From Octopus bimaculoides (Eukaryota): DNA of 47,020 nucleotides. Under the pieces are notes generated by a model. It was not told where the DNA came from. It saw nothing but the letters and a program-made list of their open reading frames with translations, and did not search any database. A program made the translations under genes and the position numbers. Below, piece after piece: positions 1 through 10,880 of the stretch (within the stretch, counting starts at the first letter, position 1; the number at the start of each line of letters is the position of its first letter). The DNA lies in the NCBI RefSeq assembly GCF_001194135.2, contig NC_068984.1, forward strand, positions 128,670,645 to 128,717,664, read 5' to 3'.

Positions 1-779
1 ACACACACACACACACACACACATTATCTACGAACTTTTAGTTCAAACTACGTTTTAAGTAACTTCATTCAGAGCAGCTAACAGATATTGCACCTGTTTC
101 AATTTGCTTTGATTTGCGTCAGTGTAGTTCTCGATACATCTTACCGAAGCTGCTAAACTGCTAAAATGGATGCACTCTCTATCATGAAAACCATCGATGC
201 GTACCTAGGGCTAAACAAGACAACAATAGCTACAGCAACTACAGCTGCCACACGCCGACGCGTTCGCCTAAACATCTCTATGTATCAGAAGCATATGCAT
301 GTTCATAGACTCCGAAGATATTTCGGTGTATTGTTGTTCTTCTTAGGTCATCATTAATCCTTCCAGAGAAGTAATTAAATATAATTAGATAATTCACATA
401 CATAAAACGAATGATACTCTCTTCTTCTCATTTTCTCTTTATTTCTCTTACTACATCTCAGTTTCCTTATCTTCTATAATGATAAATGAGAAAACAACTG
501 CATCGATGACATGGATTATATATCAAAACTGAATTACTTCCAATTAATTTTGGTGCTATCATGCTATCTTGAAGATAGTGATTTTTAGAGACGTATGCTT
601 TTATAGATAACGATTTTATTATACAACACGCTCTATAAATGTGTGACCATCTGCCATTAGAAGTAATCAGTATTTACTATTTACTCTTTATTTAGAAGAC
701 AGTTAATTGATAGGAACGTTCGAGTGTTGGACAAAATGCCTCGAGGTTTTTATTTGTGGCATGTCAAAGAACGGACTCA

Positions 780-997
780 ATGTTACCTCTGCGTGTTGTA
801 AAAGAGGACTAAGAGAGGTTGGGGCAGCACTCCGGTCCCGTAACCCTCACCAGCAACGACTACCAGAATAGACCATTGGGCTGGAGAGTTGTCGCCAGAG
901 TGGTGAAAATATGTCACCCTCCAGGGGTAGTAGGGAATCACCAACACACAACACATGGTCAATGCTGCGACGTGCTGTTATAGCGCATGACCCCATG
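780..997 (+). repeat. Old dispersed repeat (family F), copy 1, with (CTG)6(CTA)19 tail at 998-1072
   Basis: tgtcaccctccaggggtagtagggaatcaccaac...tggtcaatgctgcgacgtgctgttatagcgcatgacccc aligns with 2670-2745. Confidence 0.5.
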
Positions 998-1015
998 CTG
1001 CTGCTGCTGCTGCTG

Positions 1016-1073
<58 letters not shown>

Positions 1074-2044
1074 CTTATTCCACACTTAAGACAGGAAGCT
1101 TTACTATAAAAAAGAAACTCAACATTTCGGTATTTTTGCTAAATCCAGTTATGGAAAAAGAATTATTTCACTTTCTCTCGAAGTTTATGAATCCTTATGA
1201 CATCAGCAACATACAGTTATCGTTGATAAAAATAAGTTTCTTAAAATGGATAGAAAAATTCGAAGGATTGTTTTGGTCCAATGGTAGAACGTGAGTCATG
1301 TTTACAGAAGACGTAAACAAACTTTAACCTTTTCTCTCAAAGTGTTTTGTTTTTTAATCCAATATTTACACGCTGTCGTTTATACCATAGCATTGTCAGC
1401 TTCGAGATCCACCATTCCAAAATAGAGTTACATACATATGTAATTATATATATATATATATGAATATATTTACGTGTTATTTATATTATGTGTGTGTGTA
1501 TATATGTATGTATGTATACATGGATGTACGTATGTGTGAGTGTGTATGTATATGTATATATTAAATACACGTGCACATGCACACACAGAGACAGAAACAG
1601 ACACACATATGAACACATACAAATATATACACAGAAACAATGACCCCCCCTCCCCCACTTAAGCTATAAATTTGGAATGTTCCAAATAAATAGACAAATG
1701 AATAACGAAATAACGCGTCACTGTTCATAAGATGTCTACATTTTACATCCTGACATTCTGTTTGATAAGTGAGAGTATTATATCCTGGAAATTTCACTAC
1801 TACAACTGGTTTTATATTTTGCAGCATACGTTTCAACCGACTAGTGTGATATTTCCGAGACATCTGTGATAATCTAATACTTTTGGGGGGAGAGAAAGAG
1901 ACAGGGGTGGCGTGGCAGGAAATGCAAATGTCATTCGTAATTAAAAAAGACTGTTCTTTATACATGTTCATATAAAATCTGATATATTCAAATGCGTATG
2001 TATTTGTGTGTGATAACTCCATGTGTTTGTTTCTGCCTGTGTAT

Positions 2045-2050
2045 ATCTAC

Positions 2051-2121
<71 letters not shown>

Positions 2122-2140
2122 CACACACACACACACACAC
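2045..2140. repeat. (TATC)n + (CA)n microsatellite
   Basis: Direct reading. Confidence 0.95.
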
Positions 2141-2149
2141 ATATAATAA

Positions 2150-2330
2150 ATCCTAAAAAGCACAAACACAACAACGCGAGGACTTGGTACATGTAATGTA
2201 TTAGCAGACGCTCAGGGAAGGAAAGAAAGATGGTTTAACGTTTCGAGCAGACGCTCTTCTTCGGAAACAGAGGAAAGTCCAATAGAAGGGAAGACGGAGG
2301 AAGAAAATCGCCAATGATATTCACGTACAT
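2150..2330 (-). mobile_element. Diverged family E-related repeat (variant hammerhead at 2233-2268)
   Basis: tgtattagcagacgctcagggaagg...aacgtttcgagcagacgctcttcttcggaaac has the same layout as the other copies. It follows a (TATC)n(CA)n tract. Confidence 0.5.
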
Positions 2331-2432
2331 AGATGCATGACCAAATGTATTTTTTAAACAAATTCTTAAATTATGCAAGCCATTTGCGTAGATTCAAATT
2401 GTATTTGCATACAAATTTATATTAAGAATTAT

Positions 2433-2436
<4 letters not shown>

Positions 2437-2508
<72 letters not shown>
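2437..2508. repeat. (TG)n microsatellite
   Basis: Direct reading. Confidence 0.95.
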
Positions 2509-2513
<5 letters not shown>

Positions 2514-2568
2514 ATATGTTGGCATAAGTATATTTATGATTATGTATCTATACATATACATAAATATA

Positions 2569-2800
2569 TGTCGGCAAAAGGCGACTAAAACAGGTCGAGG
2601 TAGGATTTGTACTTCAACCTCGTAAAACTCCCAACAGTAACGAATACCCATTTGCTCGAGTAGTGCAAAGGTGTCATCTGCCAAGAGTAGTAGGATACCA
2701 CCAACAAATGGTGGATGCAGAGACGCGCTGTTACAGCATGTGCCCCGTACCACCACCACCTCCACCACCACCATCACCATCGCCGCTGCTGCTACTACTC
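2569..2800 (+). repeat. Family F copy 2, with (CCA)n/(CTG)/(CTA) tail
   Basis: tgtcatctgccaagagtagtaggataccaccaac...tggtggatgcagagacgcgctgttacagcatgtgcccc aligns with 912-995. Confidence 0.5.
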
Positions 2801-3074
2801 CTACTATATATATATATAATGTATGTGTATATGTTAATACATACACACATATATTTATATGTAGCCAATTATAAGTATATTATACCTCGAACTTCCTGCA
2901 TCAAGTTTCTGGAAGAAAATTGAATAAACATTTCTTCTAAGACCGTTACTATGGCACGAAAATGGGTTATGAACAGAAATAAACCTTTCTTCCGTTAACC
3001 ATAAATTTTTTGGAGATAGAAGTAAGGCGAAGTGTCGATGAATTCTCTTCGTAATTTTTTCTACTGGAAGCACA

Positions 3075-3420
3075 AGGCCGCAAAGTTGGGGAAAGGGATT
3101 AAGTCGATTGCATCGACACCAGTGCGTAACTGGTACTTATTTAATCGATCTCGAAAAGATGACAGGCAAAGTCGACCTCGGCGGAATTTGTATACAGAAC
3201 GTAGCGGCACACGAAATACCGCTAAGCATTTCGTCCGGCGTGCTTATGAGTTCTCTTCAAAATCTTTTCCACTCTAGGCTCCAGGCCCGACATTTTTTTG
3301 GGGGGTGAGGGTGGGGGTGGGGAGGGTCAGTCGATTAGATCGACCACACTGGTACTTAATTTATCGACCCTGAAAGGCGAAGTCGACCTCAGCGGAATTT
3401 GAACTCAGGAGGTAGCGGCA
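3075..3420 (-). mobile_element. Two adjacent SINE family A fragments
   Basis: 3075-3250 and 3325-3420 each carry aaaggc(a/g)aagtcgacctc(g/a)gcggaattt. Confidence 0.75.
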
Positions 3421-5232
3421 GGCGAAATATCGTACATACGCACGCACGCACGCACACACACACACATACACAACGTATATATATATATGTGTGTGCGTGT
3501 ATATATATATACAGAACTTCGAACCACTGTAGGAGAAGGGAACATCTGTTCTGTGGCTCAAATCGTACTCAAAATCACAAACTACTTACTTTCTTTGAAA
3601 AAAGAATGGTTTCATTAAAGAATGTAGCCCCAGGAAGGTACAGTACGCTTGAATAAAGAACATGACGGCCACCAATGTAGCAGGTCCTTTATATTTAAGG
3701 AACCCGCGCTAAATGTTTTATTACTGTTTTACAATGTTACCTTTAACTTTTATGAACGACTAGATGTTTATGGTTGAGCCAACGCTTGGAGTATTTCTGA
3801 AATCCAATACATTTTAAATTGAACAAATTTTAAAAATCAAGTTAAATGACAACGATTAATGTGCAGGCATACTTCATTTTCGTCGGCTGCTAATTAATAT
3901 TTTTCTCCATTTCGTAATGCAACAATCCAGCTTAATTATTATTTCGCTCATAAATAAGATCGGTTGATCGTATCACATTATTATTATTAATTTATTATAG
4001 ACGCCGTAGTGCTAACTAACCATCTCCATTAAATCATGTAAGATTTTTAAAGAGATAATAAACATTTTATTGTACATAGGTTCTACTTGAACTTGATGCC
4101 ATTAAGCAAAACTATTACGCAAATAAGAAGTCTAAATTGATATAGTCACATTTGTAACATTAGACCCCCAAAAAAAAAACGAACAAAAAAAAAGAAAAGA
4201 ATACGCATTTGCAGTAAATTAGGGTTGTGTTTCAGGGAAGAATGTTTAAGTTATGAAGCTTAGTCACCTAAGTAACAATGCTAGACACTAGAGAGGAGTC
4301 GTTTACTCAGCTAAGAGTTTGTGCATATGGACGTGTATGCATGTGTGTGTGTGAGTGTGTGTGTGTGTGTGAGTGTGAGTGTGAGTGTGTGTGTGTCTGG
4401 TTAGTGGCAAGACTCGCATTCCATTTAAACAAAACATGGAAGAAATAAGTATCATTCCTCTTCACAGCTTCGTTTGACGGCAACAAGTCAATGAGAGTAA
4501 CTGGTGAAGGTGCCAATATACCGTCTTGTCGAGTTAGCCATTATGCTGGTCAAACATCAAGTGTGATAGTTTATGGCCTGGGTCACAGACAGTGTTATAC
4601 AGTACTGCTAAGTCTAGAGATCCTTTCGGCTAATTTGACAATATTCTGCGTTCTTATACAAGCTTGTCTTGACATTATTTCGCCATTGAGCATATTAATT
4701 TCAGAACGAGAATGTGAGTCCGATGCAGGTGCAACTCTTCATACTTTAAATATAAACCTTGTTCTAGTCTAGCATCTATCTATGCAGCAGCTAATTCATA
4801 GTCAAATTTTATGAACGAGCTGTCATAGTATTTAAGCTGTGCACTTTTAGGTATGATTTAAAAGAAAGCAGAATCTATAGGTGAAAATTCACCCATTTAA
4901 ATTCACCTCGAAATTTATCACGGCTGAACATTCGCCTTGGAGGGTTAACCAGCAAAATGTCTCAGACATGTTGGCTGTAGGCAAATATCAGGTTTTAGGT
5001 AAAATAATAAATAGCTATTTATATAAATTTGTCTTTGAAATAGGAAGTCGGATCTCTACAAAGTAACTATAATTCAATTCCTTTTTGGAATACATATCTA
5101 GTAAACCAACAGCAATGGGTTTGTGTACCCTATTCGGTGCTAGCTAATCTGTATACGTTGGTCTTCTAAGATGGTCTGGGATCCATTAAAGGATATTTTA
5201 ATTCTATAGAATAGCTAAGTTTTTAATTTACA

Positions 5233-5325
5233 GTGCTCAGCCACCTGCACGTAAATTTTACGAGCAGGCTGTTCCGTTGATCGGATCAACTGGAACCCTC
5301 GTCGTCATAACTGACGGAATGTCAG
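5233..5325 (+). mobile_element. SINE family C 3' fragment
   Basis: gtgctcagccacctgcacgt...ttgatcggatcaactggaaccctcgtcgtc matches 43513-43595. Confidence 0.8.
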
Positions 5326-6395
5326 TTATTTAATGTCAGCAAAAATATTTTAGTAACAGAAGAAAGTAAAACGAAATTGTCTGAATGGAGCTAACGAGGA
5401 AGCCTTTACTTTCGACTTACTAGGTATACTAGTGAAATCTTCCTCGCGACCCAGCTTCTGTACCGTCTTAATAAAAAGGAAATGATAGACAAGAGACTGT
5501 AGTTCTAGATACCTTCCCACTAAGCAAAAAACGGGATGGTCACGGTTAGAATGTCTTTCATGATAGAGCTAAAAGACGACTACGATCGCGGCAACAACAA
5601 CAACTACAACAACTACAAAACAACACTAGCAACAACAGTAGCAGCAAGGACTACAATAACAATAACAGTAGCTGCAGTAGCAACAATAAAAAGATTTATT
5701 GAATTTTTCTTCGAAAGTAAGCTCGCTGTAGAATCTTTTATAAGAAGGTCACACTGATAATCGATGTCTGTTATAGACAAAGGTGAAGCCATTGGGTTTA
5801 TCTTCTGCTTGACTTGGGAAACAATTATACTTCCTTGACATTTCTGTTGCTTGTTTGAGAAGGTGAATCTCTAAGTAACAAGATAGAGCAACATTCAACA
5901 TCACTTGTCTTAAGGAGTCAGATACTCCAGGCTATCAGCACCAACCCATGAAACAAACGGATCAGGTTATAAGGAAAAACGAAAGATACGTACAATCCTT
6001 CCCCCGCCCCTACTCTCTCGAGTACATTCTTTCCATCCATAGATACATTTCCAATCCCTCCTTCTCTCGATAATAATAATAACAATGATGATAATGAGGA
6101 TCTCAAATTCTCTGAAAAACAATGGTCTTCGACTGCAAACCCATTAATCCACATATAACTAAAATATATTCGTAGCATCGGTGCGTGTGTGAGAGTGTGC
6201 TTGTGTGTGTGATTGTGCGTTTATATTCCGTGTATGTGTATGCACGCGCATGCGTGTGTATGTGCGTGGATGTATACACATGTTTGGACATATAAATACT
6301 TTGATAGCTATTTTTATTTTGTTGCACACACAACGCCTATATAAATCCCATTCTTATCTAAAGAACATGACCAATGATTTCATTCTAACAACTGT

Positions 6396-6510
6396 GGGGG
6401 CGTAGCCTAGTAGTTAGAGTGTTCGGCGCGGTCAGTTCTTGGATCAGATAGAACATTGTCTCCTTAATCAAGGCACTTCTTTCCACGTTGCTTCTGACTA
6501 TGTCTGAGTA
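6396..6510 (+). mobile_element. Old tRNA-headed SINE 5' fragment (family C/D-related)
   Basis: ggggcgtagcctagtagttagagtgttcgg is an A-box-like head, followed by tccttaatcaaggcacttctttccacgttgct. Confidence 0.45.
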
Positions 6511-6742
6511 GATTGGAGCCCTTTTTTCTACAAGCTGTCAGATTCTGGATGTTCCACGTGGTCAAGGATAATGCGACCAAGATGCAGCTTTTGACGACTC
6601 GTGACTATATAAAGGCATTGACAGGAATTGGCAAAAGTATGCTACATGGTAAAAGTCATACCCGCTCGCGAGTGACGACTGATTGTACTGTGCATCCGCA
6701 TTTGCAATTTCAACGACTCATCTGGCAAAATCCTAGACGAAG

Positions 6743-6873
6743 TCATGGCTATGTGGTTGAGAAGCTCACTTTGCAAACGTGTGGTTTCTGGTTTAGTCCC
6801 ACAGCCCTACCCTGACCAATACATTCTGAGTGAATTTTTAGACATAAAAAACTGTGTGGAAGGCAATATATAT
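6743..6873 (+). mobile_element. SINE family B 5' part (internal deletion), runs into gap
   Basis: tggctatgtggttgagaagctcactttgc...gtttagtcccac...gaccaatacattctgagtgaattt...aaaaactg...aatatatat. Confidence 0.6.
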
Positions 6874-7061
6874 NNNNNNNNNNNNNNNNNNNNNNNNNNN
6901 NNNNNNNNNNNNNNNNNNNNNNNNNNNNNNNNNNNNNNNNNNNNNNNNNNNNNNNNNNNNNNNNNNNNNNNNNNNNNNNNNNNNNNNNNNNNNNNNNNNN
7001 NNNNNNNNNNNNNNNNNNNNNNNNNNNNNNNNNNNNNNNNNNNNNNNNTATATATATATAT

Positions 7062-7744
7062 ATGCTGACGTACCCGGTAATTCCCGGGAAAGCGGGGCTT
7101 ATCTCTTGGTTCCGTTCACATAATTGTTTCGCTAATCCAATAACACCAACACAAAGTATGTAGCCCTTAAAACGGTTTTTGTGCATTTACAGAGAATACC
7201 GAAATGTCTGACACAGGATCTTGTTTTTAGGAATTCCCAATAAGTTATGAATATCCAAATTGTGAAGTCAGTTATGTAATAACAGGCTAATCAGATATGA
7301 GATAATAACAATTCAAAGTAAATAACTCTGAAAAGGCTTGTGTGCGTTCCCAGAGAATATTACCCTCAGGGGCGCTAGTGTTGGTATATTCGTGAATAAG
7401 TTACTAACCAAATGTTTAGGAAAATACTATTTATTTGTTTAAGGGTTGTACTGGATAGATTGCGAAAATAACTCTAACAGTTCAAATATTAAGAAATAAG
7501 CATACTCAATTTCATTTTTACGTAATAATTTAGGAAAATTAATGGGTTATTTCCCTTGGCTATATATAAGGATCCCTTCCAGGGGAGAATGGGTTATTTT
7601 CCTTGGTTTTGAAAATAAAGTATATTAGATATATATAAGTATCCATTCCAAGGGCCCTGTTATCGGTTTTTCCAACAGTCTGAGTATGCCATGAGGTTTC
7701 CAGACATGAGTTCTACTCACGTGCCAAGTTTAATCAAAATCGAT
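7062..7744 (+). mobile_element. Possible non-autonomous Helitron/DINE-1-like element, truncated by family E repeat
   Basis: Starts in (TA)n with a subterminal hairpin CCCGG-taattc-CCGGG, has internal direct repeats (aatgggttattt.ccttgg x2), and ends gtgccaagtttaatcaaaatcg, resembling the catgccaaatttcatcaaaatcgg motif I associate with such elements. Confidence 0.35.
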
Positions 7745-7916
7745 AAAAGACGAAGACAGGTGTATAAACAACAAACAGGTGTATTAGGTTAACGCTCGGG
7801 AAGGTGACAGTGTTTTACGTTTCGAGCCTACGCTCTTTAACAGAAAGAAACACGAGAGAATAAACAGAGAGAGAATCAAATAAAGCCTTAGTGGCTAGCG
7901 GTCGATCACGGCGATA
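7745..7916 (-). mobile_element. Family E repeat copy (variant hammerhead at 7812-7847), ends at assembly gap
   Basis: aaagacgaagacaggtg...aacgctcgggaagg...cgtttcgagcctacgctcttt matches the copy at 19905-20105. Confidence 0.6.
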
Positions 7917-8639
7917 NNNNNNNNNNNNNNNNNNNNNNNNNNNNNNNNNNNNNNNNNNNNNNNNNNNNNNNNNNNNNNNNNNNNNNNNNNNNNNNNNNNN
8001 NNNNNNNNNNNNNNNNNNNNNNNNNNNNNNNNNNNNNNNNNNNNNNNNNNNNNNNNNNNNNNNNNNNNNNNNNNNNNNNNNNNNNNNNNNNNNNNNNNNN
8101 NNNNNNNNNNNNNNNNNNNNNNNNNNNNNNNNNNNNNNNNNNNNNNNNNNNNNNNNNNNNNNNNNNNNNNNNNNNNNNNNNNNNNNNNNNNNNNNNNNNN
8201 NNNNNNNNNNNNNNNNNNNNNNNNNNNNNNNNNNNNNNNNNNNNNNNNNNNNNNNNNNNNNNNNNNNNNNNNNNNNNNNNNNNNNNNNNNNNNNNNNNNN
8301 NNNNNNNNNNNNNNNNNNNNNNNNNNNNNNNNNNNNNNNNNNNNNNNNNNNNNNNNNNNNNNNNNNNNNNNNNNNNNNNNNNNNNNNNNNNNNNNNNNNN
8401 NNNNNNNNNNNNNNNNNNNNNNNNNNNNNNNNNNNNNNNNNNNNNNNNNNNNNNNNNNNNNNNNNNNNNNNNNNNNNNNNNNNNNNNNNNNNNNNNNNNN
8501 NNNNNNNNNNNNNNNNNNNNNNNNNNNNNNNNNNNNNNNNNNNNNNNNNNNNNNNNNNNNNNNNNNNNNNNNNNNNNNNNNNNNNNNNNNNNNNNNNNNN
8601 NNNNNNNNNNNNNNNNNNNNNNNNNNNNNNNNNNNNNNN

Positions 8640-8671
<32 letters not shown>

Positions 8672-8922
8672 TTTTTCATATAAATACAGTGTACATTTAA
8701 ACAGATAAGAGGTATCAACATAGGATTCCCTTCACGCTAGAAAGAACAATTAAGTTCCAAACCACTATTAGGGATAAAATTCCGAAGGGAATGAAAAATA
8801 AAAAACATTTGCCATATGTATATGAACATAGTGATGCGTGCGTTTTTGCGTATGTGTTTTTATTTGTGTATACATTTTCTGCGTATGTATATGCATGTGC
8901 GTATAAACTACGTTTTGTATAT

Positions 8923-9005
8923 CCGGCGGGATTTGAACTCAGAACGTAAAGGGCTGGAATAAATATCACAGGGCATTTTTTCCGACGTTCTTACCATTCT
9001 GCCAG
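8923..9005 (-). mobile_element. SINE family A head fragment
   Basis: ggcgggatttgaactcagaacgtaaag...cattttttccgacgttcttaccattctgccag. Confidence 0.65.
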
Positions 9006-9358
9006 ATCGAATAAGGAAAGCAGCTGGCTTTATTACTATCCGAAGTTGCTGAAAAGACTGTCATGAATTCTAATTTCGCAGTGAGACTAAATATATTTTC
9101 TTTCATCCATTGGTCATGGGAGGGAGGACAGTTCCTATGACCCTTAAACTTTTCAGAGCGTCCGAATCTTTAGGAAGGACGAAAGAAATTATGCTCAAAC
9201 CAGAGGATGCTTGCAGTAGAGTGGGATCCAGTAAAGTCCTTCAAACGTCAGGTGGTGATGTCAAACCGGGCGACCTATTACGTCAATTTAGTCAGCAGAA
9301 AATTTTAACTTTAAGCACGAAATCTTTTATGTCTTGTTTCTGAGATATTGACACACAC

Positions 9359-9432
9359 GCCCAAATAGCACAGTGGTTCAGAGCACTGGTCTCGTAAACC
9401 AGGGATCGTGAATTCGAATCTCACTTGGGGCA
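9359..9432 (+). tRNA. tRNA-Thr(CGU) gene or recent pseudogene
   Basis: GCCCAAA-TA-GCAC-AGTGGTTCA-GAGC-A-CTGGT-CT[CGT]AA-ACCAG-GGATC-GTGAA-TTCGAAT-CTCAC-TTGGGGC-A folds as a cloverleaf. The anticodon stem is perfect, with anticodon CGT at 9393-9395, and a T12 Pol III terminator-like run follows at 9442-9453. There are three stem mismatches (A5:G68, A12:A23, A53:C61), so function is doubtful. Confidence 0.8.
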
Positions 9433-9454
9433 ACGCCTGACTTTTTTTTTTTTA

Positions 9455-9618
9455 GAAGCGCAGGCGTGACTGTGTGTTAAGAAGTTTGCTTTCCAACCAC
9501 ATGGTTCCGGGCTCAGTCTCGCTACGTGACACCCTGGATAAGTGTCTTCTACTGTAGCCTCGGGCCAATCAAAGCCTTGCGAGTGGATTTGGTAGGTGGA
9601 AACTAAAAGAAGCCCGTC

Positions 9619-9658
<40 letters not shown>

Positions 9659-9872
9659 TGTGTATCTGTGTTTGTTCCCTGCCATCGCTTGACAGCTGAT
9701 GTATGTGTGTCTCGTAACTTAGCGGTTCGGCAAAAAAGAGCGGTAGAATAAGTATCAGACCTAGAAAGAATAAGTCATGGAGTCAATTCATACGACTAAA
9801 AATTCTTCAAGGCAGTGCCCCAGCATGGTCGCAGTGTATTAATTGAAACAAATAAAAGATAAAAAAAAGATA
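9455..9872 (+). mobile_element. Full-length CORE-like tRNA-SINE (family B) with internal (TA)n
   Basis: tRNA-like head; gacaccctggataagtgtcttctactgtagcctcgg resembles the CORE domain (gtgaccttgggcaagt...); internal (TA)n; tail gtgccccagcatggtcgcag...tgaaacaaataaaagata. Confidence 0.85.
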
Positions 9873-9877
9873 AATGA

Positions 9878-10093
9878 TATATTGATTTCAAATTTTGGCA
9901 CAAGTTCAGCAATTTGAGGGGAAAGGTTAAGTCAATTACATCGATCCCAGTGCTCAACTTGTAATACTTACTTTATCGACCTCGAAAAGAGGAAAAGTTG
10001 GCCCTAGCGGAATTTGAACTGAGAGCGTAAAGACGGACAAAATGCCGTTAAGCTTATTGGCCAACGTTCTAACAATTCTGTCAGCTCGCCACC
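9878..10093 (-). mobile_element. SINE family A copy
   Basis: Reverse-complement match over the full length. Confidence 0.85.
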
Positions 10094-10361
10094 TTAAATA
10101 GGTGATATCTCAATAAGAGACATACATCGTCAACATGCGACTTTCGATTCCATGGGAAAGCTATTGCATTGCAGTACAATGGAAATCCCTTATCCGTCGT
10201 AACACAGTGCTTTCTTTTTTACTGTATGTTATACCAGTATCGTAATGAACTCAACTTCCAGTCATTTATAAACCGCATTTTCGCTTCTACTCGAAGCTAC
10301 CTACAGCAACCATATTTCTGATTTCTATGTTCTCATTAATTTTAAGAACCACCATCTTGTC

Positions 10362-10572
10362 GACATTTTCGACTCATGCGTTTCCGAAATGCATTAATCT
10401 TTTAGTATTAACCAATTCCAATTATCTTATTCATATGTCTTCTCAAGAGTAAAAGCTAATGACATTTAATTGCGCTCATTCATTCCGAGATCCATCGTCC
10501 CGTAGACATTTTCGACTCATGCGCTTCCGAACTACATTAAAGTACATTAACTTTTAACTTTAGCCAATTCTA
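10362..10572 (+). repeat. Direct repeat, period ~143 bp
   Basis: gacattttcgactcatgcg(t/c)ttccgaa...(a/g)ccaattc at 10362 and 10505. Confidence 0.8.
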
Positions 10573-10689
10573 ATTAATGAACCAACAAACTGTTCAAGAG
10601 TAACTAGCAATATCTTTCCTTAGATGCAATGGTAAAAAGCTCTCTATCTAAAATTGTGAACGATCAAGAAATATTCTATAATCCCAACT

Positions 10690-10880
10690 AAAGATATTCT
10701 ACGTGGTCACTCGAGCTGCTAGAAATAGCAGTCAAATTTTTTCTCGAATCATGCACTGACGTCTTACATAAGGAAAGGACACAGATAATGTGTGATGGTC
10801 ATAACTGGAATACCTTTGATCATAAGTCTGCTTATCCAGGGTTTCTCTGAGATCAAATGAGAACGAAAATACAACAAAAC
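10690..10880 (+). mobile_element. Old SINE-like repeat with (AAC)n-type tail (family G); other copies near 150-240, 3545-3700, 5370-5650, 36690-36900, 40370-40570, 40590-40840 and 41520-41700(-)
   Basis: Shared motifs across copies: tggtc(a)ctcga.ctg.tagaaatagcag(t/c)caaat, ggatggtcat.gctggaa.gcctttgatca, and gggctaaacaa(c)aac. Confidence 0.55.

Noticed and set aside
770-820. HDV-like or twister ribozyme in the cctctgcgtgttgtaaaagaggactaa motif
   Set aside because: I could not place P1/P3 or the twister pseudoknots in the required order; only a simple hairpin is supported.
1561-2022. 153-aa minus ORF
   Set aside because: Both ends lie in microsatellite, there is no recognisable domain and no convincing donor.
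5880-6060. RTE-like RT peptide (LYVSFVFPYNLIRLFHGL)
   Set aside because: Only a few scattered residues match; too weak to call.
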